62,293 nucleotides of DNA. Origin: Dehalococcoidia bacterium (lineage in GTDB: Bacteria > Chloroflexota > Dehalococcoidia > GIF9 > UBA5629). Shown piece by piece: positions 19,520-29,497 of this stretch. The stretch is from contig JAFGHL010000074.1 of the NCBI GenBank assembly GCA_016930155.1, positions 1-62,293 on the forward strand. The letters are read 5' to 3'. Each line of letters starts with the position of its first letter. Position 1 is the stretch's first letter. The position numbers and the translations under genes are program-made. The notes under the pieces are model-generated. The model made no database searches. It was not told where the DNA came from and was given only the letters and a program-made list of their open reading frames with translations.

Positions 19520-20155
19520 CTATGCGTGTACAATCTCCCTGAATTTATCCACACCTGCTCTGAATGAGTTTAAATTGGCCTCAGTCCATTTTTTAGGCGC
19601 AAAGGCTATTATGCAGCTTTCGACCGCCTCTTTTTTCAGCGGGATAAGGCCGGTGGCGAAGGCCGCGCCGAGCATGACTGTGCTCATCGTGATTAAGCCT
19701 CCACCCTTGTTGATGGCTACTCCCGTGGCATCAAAGGAATAGATATTACTGATGCCCATACGCCTGAAGTAATCAATGATATCTGAACCTGACGGATGCT
19801 TCCATTTGCCGGACGTTCGCACTTCAGGCGTTACGATCATACGGGGCACCTCGCGTTCATTCATTACTATGGTGCAGGTTTTGGCGGCATAGCGCATGCC
19901 TATTCTCAGACATTCCAGTGGTTCGAGACCGACAAGCAGATCGGCTTCGCCCTCTGGGACAACGTCGGCATGCAGTTTGTCGCCTCCCCATCTGATATGG
20001 CTATGTATGCCTGACAGGCGCTGGGTTGACGGCGGATAATCCGTGGTTAAGACGTTCTTGCCGTCCGCCAGCAGCGCTGTAGCCAGTACTCTTGTGATCA
20101 GTACATCGCCCTGGCCGGTTAATCCCGCAATCATCATATTGAATGTATCACTCAT
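19520..20155 (-). CDS. iorB: Indolepyruvate:ferredoxin oxidoreductase beta subunit
   Basis: IAGLTGQG, TQR...HSHIR, ADLLVGLEPLECLR, N...F..G; directly downstream of iorA. Confidence 0.82.
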   Translation of the reverse strand: MSDTFNMMIAGLTGQGDVLITRVLATALLADGKNVLTTDYPPSTQRLSGIHSHIRWGGDKLHADVVPEGEADLLVGLEPLECLRIGMRYAAKTCTIVMNEREVPRMIVTPEVRTSGKWKHPSGSDIIDYFRRMGISNIYSFDATGVAINKGGGLITMSTVMLGAAFATGLIPLKKEAVESCIIAFAPKKWTEANLNSFRAGVDKFREIVHA

Positions 20156-20159
20156 TGGA

Positions 20160-23100
20160 TCATTCCTCCTGCACGACGATGCTGTCATAGGGACAAACCT
20201 GATTGCACACACCGCAACCTGCGCAGGTATCTGCCTCTATCAGCGGGTATTCTTTGTTCAGGTCAATGTTCATCTGCGGAGCTATGCTTATGCAACCGAA
20301 TTTAGACAGACAGATTCCACAGGTTTTGCAATTCAGGCAGCGCCTGGCCTCACCGACGGCCATCTCCTCGGTCAGACCGGTTTCTGTCTCGTCGAAAGTG
20401 CTGACCCTCTGTGTAACCGGTAAAAACGGCATCGATACGCGGGGCCGGTGAATGATGTCTCTTGGTATCCGGTCGGCGCCGGTAACCGGAGCGCTGGTGG
20501 TATCCGATGGCCGCAGCAGCTTACCGGTACGTAGATAAGCGTCGATATTGTCTGCCGCTTTGTGACCCTGCCCGATCGCCTCCACCACAGTGGATGGGCC
20601 TGTTACAGCATCGCCTCCTGCGAAAACGCCGGGTATGCCGGTAGCCAGGGTGACTGCGTCGGCAATCACGGTGCCGCGCCGGCTCGCTTTGAGTTTACCG
20701 GATAATGCCTCGAAATCAGTGGACTGCCCGACAGCAATAATAACGGTATCTGCCGGCAGTGATGTCTTACCTCTGGATTCCTCAATTAGTTTCCAGCAGA
20801 CTCTGCCATCCTCATCAATGGTGGTGGATTCAACCCGGTTAAACAGGACGCTTTCAACATGGTTTTTATCGGAAGATATGAATTCCCGGGGAGCCAGCCC
20901 GGTATGGAAAATGACGCCTTCTTCCATGGCTTTTCTTTTCTCTCCATCAAAGGCCGGCATACTGTGAAGATCCTCAAGACATGCCAGGTGAACCTCATCA
21001 GCGCCGCAGCGAACTGCGGTACGCGCAGTATCCACGGCTACGTTTCCACCGCCTATCACGACCACTTTACCCTTCAGCTTTATTTTTTTACCTTGTTTCA
21101 TACTCTGAAGGAAAGGCAGAGCAGCCATAACTCCTTTGAGCTGGGCACCGGGAAGCTTCAGGCTGACGGATTTTTGCGCTCCACCGGCGAAATAAACAGC
21201 CTTGTATCCCTGCTTAAACATGTTCTCCAAGGAAATATCTTCACCTACAGTTACGTCAGCGCGTATTTCGACACCCGTCTGCCTGATGAATTCGATGTCA
21301 CGCTCTATTGTTTTGGGAGGTAACATGAAATCTGGTATTGCAGCGGTGAGCATGCCGCCCGGGTAAGATCTGGACTCAAATACAGTTACTGCGTAGCCTT
21401 TTCTGACCAGATCATAGGCGGCGGTAAGCCCTGATGGGCCGGAGCCAACAATGGCTATTTTTTCCTGTCGGGTCCTTTTTGCAGGCTGTATTTTTTTCTC
21501 GCCGTATTTGAGGTCGAAATCTGAGGCAAATCGTTTGAGCGCCATTATGGCAATAGCCTCATCGACCTTGCCCCTTTTGCAGGCCATCTCGCAAGGATGA
21601 TTACAGACACGTCCGCATACACTGGGGAACGGGTTCTTATCTCTGATTATCTCTATTGCCCGCTGGAAATCTCTGCCGGCGATAGCTCTGATATATGCCT
21701 CGACATCTATCCCGGCCGGGCATGCTGCTTCGCAGGGGGATTTTTCAACCGTTTTAGCCAGGCATCTCGATTCATCCACGCGAGACTGAGGACCCAGGAC
21801 ACGCACACCTCTGATGGTTTTGCCTATCTGGCGTATCACAATCTGTGTACAGGTGCGCCGCAGGATGACGACACGAACACCTTTCATTTTGAGTGCTCTG
21901 GAGAAAACTTCACGTGATTGAGCCTGGTTGAAAGGATCAGCCACTTCCAGGTAGTCAACCTGAAAGGCCTTTAAAATGTCGACGATGTCCATGATTTTGG
22001 TCGGTTCATATGCCGCAGTGAGGCCGAATGCGCCGGGATGAGGCTGATGGCCGGTCTGCCCCACAGATCGATTGTCAAGGATCACTATAAGAAGGTTGCT
22101 CTTGTTATAGACAGCGTTGACTACGTTGACCATACCGTGATGGAAAAAGCCCCCGTCTCCCATCAGCGCAACCACTACCTGGTCTATCCCGCTCATGGCC
22201 AGGCCGTGTGCGCCGCCCACGCTGCCACCCAGTGGCAACACGACGTTTTCGAGTTTGAGAGGAGGCTGCATGACCAGATCGAAACAGCCATCACCACCGA
22301 AACCCAGGATATTCACATTGGTCTCTTCCGCAGCCCTTTTTAAGGCGTATAATCCCGCATATTCCGGGCAGCCGGGGCACATCTTGGACAGCTCCGTAGG
22401 GTCTCCAAATTTGATCTCCTCACGCAGTATTTTCTTTCCTTCATCTATCCTGCTTCTGCTTCCCTTCGGCCGGAATTTTTTACCTGTGAGCTTTTCCAGC
22501 GCCTCTCCGACATGATTGCGCTCGATCTCACCCAGCGTGGGTAAATGCTGCGTCAGCTTGCCGAATATAGCGGCATGCTTCGGCATTGCTGCAGCAATTG
22601 AACGCACACCTTCTTCGATAATGGGCTCGATTTCTTCGACCACCAGCACCTGGCTGGTCTGTTCTAGCATCGTTTTAATCAGTTGATGGGGCAGAGGGTT
22701 GGTTATGGCCAGCTTGAGCACCGATACCTCGTCCGTTAAATGCATGACATCGAGCGCTTCGAGCACAAGGGTGTGGCATCCGGCGGTGATAATGCCGGTT
22801 TTTGCATTCTTTTTAAGCTTCAACAGATGAAGGGGCGAAGCTTCAGCCACCTCGTCCCTGAAACGCAGGTTGGGCAGTTGTCCTACCTCATTGATGACGT
22901 CTTGCGAGGCTTCGTTATGCAAGCGCAAACTGGTGGAAAACCAGACAGGATAAGGGGCAATTCTCAGGATATCCTCGCCCTTTTTACGCGGTATCTCATA
23001 ACCCTGATGAAATCTTGCCACATCGTACGTATCACAAACGGCCTTCCGTTCTCTGACATCATGTTGTATCGGGCCGAGGACGACAGGTCCACGACCCCAG

Positions 23101-23696
23101 CCGGTCCTGTCTCTGACCCTGACAAATATCGTCATGCGCAGAATTTCGGAGAGATCGTAGGCGGCCACGATCCAGTCCTTCAACTCCTGCATGGTGGCCG
23201 GCTCCAGCACAGGACACAGAGCATATTTGGGTATATATCTGCTGTCCTGTGTATTTCCTGTAGTTTCGGCGTTAGGATCGTCGTTGAATACGACTACGGC
23301 GCCGCTGATACCCATGTGAGTGGTGGTCAGCAGCGGGTCAGCGATGAAGTTCATACCGGTATTCTTGAAAACGGACATGGCCCGTACATTGCCCAGCGTA
23401 GCCCCGATCATAGTTTCAAATGCGCTTTTCTCATTGGACGACCATTCGATATGCATTGATGGGAAGATAGGTTTAGGCCAGGCCAGGCTGTCCAGAACAT
23501 AATTAACGGGTGAACCGGGATAGGAAGTGATCACACGCACCCCCGCCTCGATGGCACCCCGCGCGATCGCCTCGTTGCAATTCAGCAGTACAAGTTCTCC
23601 GCTTTTGTCCCTGCCCAGGTTTTCGCTCGAGTACTTCATGAAGGTTCTGGTCGCGTATTTTTCATCCTGTGCCTTCATGCCGGTTATCTCAGACAT
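20160..23696 (-). CDS. iorA: IorA-family 2-oxoacid oxidoreductase alpha subunit fused to a GltD-like FAD/NAD(P) Fe-S module
   Basis: NEAIARGA, YPGSP, CPGCP, GDGGFFH...ILDN (TPP); PCEAACP, GRVCNHPCE..C, GSGPSG, GGGNVAVD, FAGGD; C-terminal 2[4Fe-4S]. Confidence 0.85.
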   Translation of the reverse strand: MSEITGMKAQDEKYATRTFMKYSSENLGRDKSGELVLLNCNEAIARGAIEAGVRVITSYPGSPVNYVLDSLAWPKPIFPSMHIEWSSNEKSAFETMIGATLGNVRAMSVFKNTGMNFIADPLLTTTHMGISGAVVVFNDDPNAETTGNTQDSRYIPKYALCPVLEPATMQELKDWIVAAYDLSEILRMTIFVRVRDRTGWGRGPVVLGPIQHDVRERKAVCDTYDVARFHQGYEIPRKKGEDILRIAPYPVWFSTSLRLHNEASQDVINEVGQLPNLRFRDEVAEASPLHLLKLKKNAKTGIITAGCHTLVLEALDVMHLTDEVSVLKLAITNPLPHQLIKTMLEQTSQVLVVEEIEPIIEEGVRSIAAAMPKHAAIFGKLTQHLPTLGEIERNHVGEALEKLTGKKFRPKGSRSRIDEGKKILREEIKFGDPTELSKMCPGCPEYAGLYALKRAAEETNVNILGFGGDGCFDLVMQPPLKLENVVLPLGGSVGGAHGLAMSGIDQVVVALMGDGGFFHHGMVNVVNAVYNKSNLLIVILDNRSVGQTGHQPHPGAFGLTAAYEPTKIMDIVDILKAFQVDYLEVADPFNQAQSREVFSRALKMKGVRVVILRRTCTQIVIRQIGKTIRGVRVLGPQSRVDESRCLAKTVEKSPCEAACPAGIDVEAYIRAIAGRDFQRAIEIIRDKNPFPSVCGRVCNHPCEMACKRGKVDEAIAIMALKRFASDFDLKYGEKKIQPAKRTRQEKIAIVGSGPSGLTAAYDLVRKGYAVTVFESRSYPGGMLTAAIPDFMLPPKTIERDIEFIRQTGVEIRADVTVGEDISLENMFKQGYKAVYFAGGAQKSVSLKLPGAQLKGVMAALPFLQSMKQGKKIKLKGKVVVIGGGNVAVDTARTAVRCGADEVHLACLEDLHSMPAFDGEKRKAMEEGVIFHTGLAPREFISSDKNHVESVLFNRVESTTIDEDGRVCWKLIEESRGKTSLPADTVIIAVGQSTDFEALSGKLKASRRGTVIADAVTLATGIPGVFAGGDAVTGPSTVVEAIGQGHKAADNIDAYLRTGKLLRPSDTTSAPVTGADRIPRDIIHRPRVSMPFLPVTQRVSTFDETETGLTEEMAVGEARRCLNCKTCGICLSKFGCISIAPQMNIDLNKEYPLIEADTCAGCGVCNQVCPYDSIVVQEE

Positions 23697-23742
23697 CGTT
23701 CGCCTCCTTATTGCTATGTTCTGGAGTGGGGACAGACAGATT

Positions 23743-25329
23743 TCAGCGCTTCAGCTTGTATCCGGCTTTTTCCCTGTCCCAGGTGTTTTCACTGACCGTC
23801 TTCAGTTCGTTTTTCTTGACCCTGCCCAGTTCAGACCTGGGGAAATCCTCGACAAATTCGACAAACCTGGGCACCATGAAGTAAGCCATCTTCGGCTGGC
23901 AAAAGTCCAGCAACTCCTCCGGCTTCAATTTTTCACCCTCTTTCAGCCGGATGATCACTTTTACCTCATCCTCTCCCAATTCCGAGGGAACCGGAACCGC
24001 GACTATTTCGGCGATCTTGGCATGGCTGCCGATTATCTGTTCCAGCTCCTGTGATGATATATTCTCGCCTCGCCTTCGGATAGCGTCCTTCTTCCTGTCC
24101 ACAAAATGGATGTAGCCTTCAGAATCAATCAATCCGAAATCGCCGGTGTGAAACCACAGGTTTCTCCATGTATTCAATGTTGCTTCAGGTTGCTTGTAGT
24201 AGCCGGTCATCATGATAAACGGCAGTTTAGGCCTGCATACGATCTCCCCCACCGAGCCGCGTGGCAATTCGTTATCGTAATCATCGAATATTTTGATCTC
24301 GAGCTCCTCTATCCCTTTGCCCAGAGTACCCGGTTTCCTGTCGTCCCAGGCCTGGATGCTGACAGGCTCGATTTCGGTCAGGCCGTAATCGTCCTGTAAT
24401 ATGATATTGAATCTTTTCTCAAAGGCTTCCTGTATGTCTTTAGGTACCCATGCGCAGATCATATTTTTAACCTGGTGATTCCTGTCGTCGGGTGATTCCG
24501 GCATAATCATCAGCAGTTGCAGGATCTGGCCGAATCCGCCTGTGGCCGTGATTTTGAAACGCCTCAGGTCGTCCCACCATTTGCGCAGGCTGAAAGTCTC
24601 CACCATGTACATTGTGGAATCGCTCAGCAGCGTGCTCATGGTTGCGTTTCCCATCCCGGAGAAATGATACATGGGGAACCAGTTGTAAAAATTCCCGCCC
24701 TCGGCGCCGTGCGTTACCTCGATCATTTTTTCACCCGCGTAGACATATTGATTATGCGGCTGCATGATCGCCTTGGAAGCCCCGGTGGTGCCGGAAGTGA
24801 ATTGCATGCAAAAGATGTCACTGTAGTGTGTATCAACCCTGGGGGTCTCATCTGCGGCCTTCAGCATCTCCGGCCATGCAACGGTGTCGAACCTGAAGGA
24901 GGACGCGTTATCGGTATCGGGGCAGATAATCAGCTTATCGAGGTTCTTTAATTCGCCTTCTATAGCTTTCACGTTGTCGATATATTTTTTATGCACAACG
25001 AGGGCTTTGGCATCGGAGTTATTTATCATGTAGGCAAGGATATTACCCTTCTGATTGAAGTTGATGGAAACCATCGTGATACCTGATTTGGCGAGGCCGA
25101 ACATAACATAAAGGAATTCAAGACAGTTGGGTAACAGGACACAAACCTTGTCACCTTTCTTCAGCCCCAGTTTTAAAAAGCTGTTCCCCACCTTGTTGGC
25201 TGTTTTGTCCAGTCCCCTGTACGTAACCATAGTATCTTCGAAGTAACAGAAGGGCTTGTCACCGTTCTTTTCAGCCTTGAGCTCCAGTACACGCCCCACA
25301 GTCCTGTCCTTACTCTGATATTTATCCAT
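23743..25329 (-). CDS. Acyl-CoA ligase, crotonobetaine/carnitine-CoA ligase (CaiC)-like
   Basis: FTSGTTGASK, YGLTE, WFHTGD, DRKKDAIRRRGENISS. Confidence 0.88.
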   Translation of the reverse strand: MDKYQSKDRTVGRVLELKAEKNGDKPFCYFEDTMVTYRGLDKTANKVGNSFLKLGLKKGDKVCVLLPNCLEFLYVMFGLAKSGITMVSINFNQKGNILAYMINNSDAKALVVHKKYIDNVKAIEGELKNLDKLIICPDTDNASSFRFDTVAWPEMLKAADETPRVDTHYSDIFCMQFTSGTTGASKAIMQPHNQYVYAGEKMIEVTHGAEGGNFYNWFPMYHFSGMGNATMSTLLSDSTMYMVETFSLRKWWDDLRRFKITATGGFGQILQLLMIMPESPDDRNHQVKNMICAWVPKDIQEAFEKRFNIILQDDYGLTEIEPVSIQAWDDRKPGTLGKGIEELEIKIFDDYDNELPRGSVGEIVCRPKLPFIMMTGYYKQPEATLNTWRNLWFHTGDFGLIDSEGYIHFVDRKKDAIRRRGENISSQELEQIIGSHAKIAEIVAVPVPSELGEDEVKVIIRLKEGEKLKPEELLDFCQPKMAYFMVPRFVEFVEDFPRSELGRVKKNELKTVSENTWDREKAGYKLKR

Positions 25330-25368
25330 TTTCAACCTCCTTTATCTTTGCTCCTGTCTCATGGCCTG

Positions 25369-26553
25369 TCAGCCGAGCTTCGCAGTATTTACAACCTGTC
25401 TTTTTCTGGTCTCGACTTCATATATGGGAGCGTTCAATTCCTTGAGGAATGTATCCGGCGCGAAAGCGCCTTCCGGCGCCAGCACTCCGTGTTTGTTCAC
25501 TTCGCCGCGCGCCAGGAGCAGCGCTGCTACAGCTGCGGGAGTGGCGGTGCCCGTGCGAACCGAGTCAGTCATTAAATCGTAAGCATACATGGTTGGATCC
25601 CCATCTTTCTGCCCGCTCACCACGACCTTGGTAGCGCCAGCACAGCCTGCGTATTTAGCCATCTCCTCGTTGTATAGATCAAGAAAGAACTGGGGAGCAA
25701 AGCGGGGCATTGCGCGTAAAAGCCTGACCGACAGCTCTCTGACCGGAATCGAATATCCCTCGGGAAGATTGAAGGTTTCCGCACTGCCGAATCCCAACTC
25801 GGATAACGTCTTATATACATCAAGCATGCGTGAAGGGAAGATGGCCCCCTTGATGGTCACATCTTTAACACCTTTAATGAAACGGGGCAGGCTCACCGGC
25901 TCAGCGTGACCGGTATAGCAGACCTCCAGTTTTCCCAGGGGAGGCATAAACTCGACCACCTCCGGCTCGGATAGACCTTTAACGTTGACCCAGTCGCCGT
26001 TGATATACATTGGGACTTCCCCGGAAGTGATATGGAACCAGTGTATCATCGCAGCGGGGCCGGCTGGATCGGTGGCGCTCTCCGCCCAGTAAAGCCTTAT
26101 CTCCTCCACCTTATCCAGCTTGTCCGCCCCATATCGGGCCATGATATTGGTCACCCCCGGGCTTGCGCCGCATCCGACGATGACGGTCACCGCTGCCTTT
26201 TTAGCGGCGGAATCCATTTTCAGCGAGGCTAGGGTGGCGTCGAAGTCGTCATCGATGTCGACCATATTGACACGAGCGGCGATGCTGGCCTCGATTATTT
26301 TAGTTGCATATTTATAATATGGCCCAACCGCGCTGACCACCGCGTCTGCTTTTTTCATTTCGCTTATCAGGCTACCGGAGTCGTCAACGTTAACAACCGC
26401 TGTATCGATTTTTGATCCCAGGCGTTCGGACAATTTGGCCAGTTTGCCGGCCGCGGCATCGGCGACGGTTATGCTGACATCGCTACGAGAGATCAGTTGA
26501 TTCACAATCTCCTCGCCCATGTGTCCTGCCCCGCCCAACACCAGAATACGCAT
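25369..26553 (-). CDS. Saccharopine dehydrogenase family oxidoreductase (paralog of 18205..19431)
   Basis: LGGAGHMG, SAVGPYY, VDIDDD, GCGASPGVTN, GHAEP, GVLAPE. Confidence 0.85.
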   Translation of the reverse strand: MRILVLGGAGHMGEEIVNQLISRSDVSITVADAAAGKLAKLSERLGSKIDTAVVNVDDSGSLISEMKKADAVVSAVGPYYKYATKIIEASIAARVNMVDIDDDFDATLASLKMDSAAKKAAVTVIVGCGASPGVTNIMARYGADKLDKVEEIRLYWAESATDPAGPAAMIHWFHITSGEVPMYINGDWVNVKGLSEPEVVEFMPPLGKLEVCYTGHAEPVSLPRFIKGVKDVTIKGAIFPSRMLDVYKTLSELGFGSAETFNLPEGYSIPVRELSVRLLRAMPRFAPQFFLDLYNEEMAKYAGCAGATKVVVSGQKDGDPTMYAYDLMTDSVRTGTATPAAVAALLLARGEVNKHGVLAPEGAFAPDTFLKELNAPIYEVETRKRQVVNTAKLG

Positions 26554-26634
26554 TTGTCTACCCCCTTAATTATTTTGCTGAATCGGAAACCGGATGTGCT
26601 GTGAAGTTCGCCGGTTTTGACGGTATGATGAAAA

Positions 26635-27264
26635 CTATTTCTGAGCTGATACTCCTTTAAGTATGATATCCGTGATCAGTTCGGTGTACTCCTTCAACGA
26701 GTACTTGTGACGGAAATACCAGCGCCTCAGGCACCACGTATCACAGAGCACGATGATAGAGTGTGCCTGGACATCAAGGTCCTTGATTTTAAAATCTCCC
26801 GAGCGAATACCCCAGGTAAGGATCGACTTGAGCATATCCGCCAGCTGGATCTCCTGAGATATAAGCCTGCCGAGTTTTTCCGGTTTCAAATTTCTGGATT
26901 CCTGGTGCCAGAAGACGATGACATCCTGAAGCTCATCGCAATAATTGAGATACATTTGTATAGCCCTGCTGAGCGCCTCCCTCGGCGGAATATTTTGTAG
27001 CATCGGCAACGCTTCCCTGGTGAATTGAGACATTGATTCCGTAACAGAGTCAAGATACAGCGACAGGATATTCTCCTTGGAACCAACGTAGTGATATAGA
27101 GTAGCCAGATTCATGTCGCACTCTGCAGCGATATCTCTCACCGAGGTGCCAGGGTACCCCTTTTTAATAAACAGCACCGCCGTTTTATTTACAATTTCCA
27201 TTTTACGTTTATTGCTCTTGACCAATACGCTGCCAGGGCCGATTTTCTTTTCTGCTGATTTCAT
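26635..27264 (-). CDS. TetR/AcrR family transcriptional regulator (KstR2-like)
   Basis: LFIKKGYPGTSVRDIA...ATLYHYVGSKENIL HTH; GIRSGDF..D, RRWY. Confidence 0.9.
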   Translation of the reverse strand: MKSAEKKIGPGSVLVKSNKRKMEIVNKTAVLFIKKGYPGTSVRDIAAECDMNLATLYHYVGSKENILSLYLDSVTESMSQFTREALPMLQNIPPREALSRAIQMYLNYCDELQDVIVFWHQESRNLKPEKLGRLISQEIQLADMLKSILTWGIRSGDFKIKDLDVQAHSIIVLCDTWCLRRWYFRHKYSLKEYTELITDIILKGVSAQK

Positions 27265-27286
27265 TGCTACCTCATCACTAATTCTT

Positions 27287-27330
27287 TATCAATCGCTTGA
27301 TAGTTTATTATAGAGGCGGTTGTTTGTCAA
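27287..27330 (-). promoter_or_regulatory. tetR promoter with operator 1
   Basis: Minus-strand TTGACA (27330-27325), 17 bp, TAAACT; TATCAATCGCTTGATA at 27287-27302. Confidence 0.7.
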
Positions 27331-27376
27331 CACCAAATCATTGTAGATCAGGCCATATTGATATTAAATTACGCTG

Positions 27377-27430
27377 TTGACAGACCTTGATTGTGCTGGT
27401 AATATATGGATAAAAATCAATCGCTTGATA
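27377..27430 (+). promoter_or_regulatory. Permease promoter with operator 2
   Basis: TTGACA 27377-27382, 17 bp, TAATAT 27400-27405; ATCAATCGCTTGATA at 27416-27430. Confidence 0.72.
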
Positions 27431-27523
27431 AACAAAATATCATCATCATTGGCTTTTTATTTTGCTTTTCACGACGGTTGAGAAAGCGAAATTGGCAGAA
27501 TGCATCTGCCGGGGAGGTAACGC

Positions 27524-28921
27524 GTGGAACAGGTTTTGCAGAGAAAAATAGGGTTGTTGGGTGCTATAGCTTTAATCACAGGTACCGTTGTCGGATCTTC
27601 CGTATTCATATTGCTGCCTTCGCTGGCGGGATTAACAGGCCCCAGTGTGTGGATAGCGTATGCTCTGGGTGTGGTGCCTGCACTTTTTACCATTCTCTAT
27701 CAAATACAGCTGACGGGCACTCTTCCTGTAACGGGCGCCAATTATGTTTCCGTCACCAGGATGCTTTCACCGTTCTGGGGAGGCATCTGCTCTATTGCCG
27801 GCGCTATAGCAATAATAACGGCCAATGTATTTGTGGCGGTGGGTTTTGCTAAAATCATCTGTTTATCCGTGCCGGTAATCCCTGAATTGGTCTGGTCGAT
27901 CGGTCTGATTGCGATTTTCGCTGGGATCAATTATTTTGGTATTTCGCTATCAACCCGGATTCAAGCCCTGATGTTCGCACTGTTTATACTGGGCATATTG
28001 ATCTTCGGTATTGGCGGAGCGATAAATGCCAATCCTGCCAATCTCACACCCCTTTTTCCCAATGGGGTATTGCCGTTCATCCTGGTGATAGTCGTGGCCT
28101 CTGTAGGATGGATAGGTTTTATTGCTCTGGCTGAGATAGGGGGCGAGATAAAGAATCCGCGGCACACAATACCTCGCGCATTAATTATTTCCCTGGTTAT
28201 CATTCTGATACTCTACGTTCTGCAGTCTTTCGCCCTGGTGGCTACCATGCCATGGGAGCAAGCAGGCAAGGCGGGGAGCGATGCGATATGGATTGCTGCG
28301 GCAACGTTTCTTTCACCGCCGCTGGTGATACTGCTTTATGTCGCTTTTACCTGTGCCGTGTTGACGACCATCAACGGCTTGACCATGTCCGGAGCTCGCA
28401 CATTTGTGGCCTGGGCCAGGGACGGTCTGATCCCGCAGGCTGTAGCTAAAATCGATAAGAAGTACTTTACACCCGGTACTGCCATAGCGCTTGTATTCGT
28501 TCTGGAATTAATCGGTATACTGGTTGCCGCCAGCATCGAGCAATATGCGCTGGTCCAGGTGCTGGCGATAATGATCGTACAAATACTGGGCGCCACCGCC
28601 GTGCTGATGATGCCCAAAAAAATACCGGAACTATACAAAAAAGGTATTTTTCAGTTTAACAAATTCTGGAGATGGCTTACCTGGATAGGTTGCATAGTGC
28701 TTTTCTCGCTAATATTTCTTTTCGGCATTGTGCTTGATATGCTGGACGACAAAGGCGATATCACCAAAACTCCTTATACGATAATAGTCCTGGTCGGAAT
28801 GCTTCTGCTGGGAACCGTATGGTGGTTCATCAGGAAGGCATATTTAAGGAAAAAAGGCATAGATCTTAGCGAGCGGATGAGAAGCACATCCGGATCCTCG
28901 GTGTTGGAGGCGCAGGATTAA
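27524..28921 (+). CDS. APC family amino acid/polyamine permease
   Basis: LQRKIGL...GTVVGSSVF, GGEIKNP..TIPRA, ARDGLIP; about 12 TM helices. Confidence 0.9.
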   Translation: MEQVLQRKIGLLGAIALITGTVVGSSVFILLPSLAGLTGPSVWIAYALGVVPALFTILYQIQLTGTLPVTGANYVSVTRMLSPFWGGICSIAGAIAIITANVFVAVGFAKIICLSVPVIPELVWSIGLIAIFAGINYFGISLSTRIQALMFALFILGILIFGIGGAINANPANLTPLFPNGVLPFILVIVVASVGWIGFIALAEIGGEIKNPRHTIPRALIISLVIILILYVLQSFALVATMPWEQAGKAGSDAIWIAAATFLSPPLVILLYVAFTCAVLTTINGLTMSGARTFVAWARDGLIPQAVAKIDKKYFTPGTAIALVFVLELIGILVAASIEQYALVQVLAIMIVQILGATAVLMMPKKIPELYKKGIFQFNKFWRWLTWIGCIVLFSLIFLFGIVLDMLDDKGDITKTPYTIIVLVGMLLLGTVWWFIRKAYLRKKGIDLSERMRSTSGSSVLEAQD

Positions 28922-28988
28922 ATTCCAGTTGGTATTCTATTAGTATCGTATGAAGATAGCGGGCGGGTTTAAAAACCCCAAATCAAAT

Positions 28989-29054
28989 TGTCATCGCGAG
29001 GCACGAAGTGCCGTGGCGATCTTAGCAGATTGCTTCGCTACGCTCGCAATGACA
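28989..29054. repeat. GTCAT-GCGAG...CTCGCAATGAC-type palindromic repeat element
   Basis: TGTCATCGCGAG...GATTGCTTCGCTACGCTCGCAATGACA with terminal inverted repeats, between convergent genes. Confidence 0.7.
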
Positions 29055-29063
29055 AGTTTAAAT

Positions 29064-29474
29064 TTATACCAATCTGAAAACCGGACGCGCGATCTCGCCT
29101 GCGGAGTATTTATCCCCGGCGAAGACGGCTGATCCCTCCAGGCGCACCTTGCGGCCCATGATGTCCATGCCGGCCTCATCCGGCTTAAGTCCGGCGAGAT
29201 TGCCCATGACCCAGGGCCCATCGTCCAGCTCCACGATCACCACGATATAGGGCGCCTCTGACTCCCGGCCCTCGGCGGGAACATAATTGACCGTGAATGT
29301 CTGGATGGCGCCGCCACCCTTGAATTCAATGGCCTCAAAATCCTGGCCCCCGCATTTGGCGCAGATCAGCCTCGGCTGTGCAGATAACTCCCCGCAGCCG
29401 CCGCATTTAAGTCCGCTCAGCCTGCCCTGTTTGAGGTTCTCGTTATATTCTTTGAAAGTGAGTTTAGCTTCCAC
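29064..29474 (-). CDS. Zn-ribbon/OB-fold (DUF35) thiolase partner protein
   Basis: CGGCG...CAKCG, PYIVVIVELDDG. Confidence 0.88.
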   Translation of the reverse strand: MEAKLTFKEYNENLKQGRLSGLKCGGCGELSAQPRLICAKCGGQDFEAIEFKGGGAIQTFTVNYVPAEGRESEAPYIVVIVELDDGPWVMGNLAGLKPDEAGMDIMGRKVRLEGSAVFAGDKYSAGEIARPVFRLV

Positions 29475-29497
29475 TTCATTGCTCCCTTACGTTTAAA

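Noticed and set aside
19545-19553. Perfect DnaA box TTATCCACA
   Set aside because: Single copy inside the iorB coding sequence; expected by chance
27406-27852. 148-aa ORF upstream of and overlapping the permease
   Set aside because: Out of frame over the permease, starts within the promoter/operator, no RBS or motif
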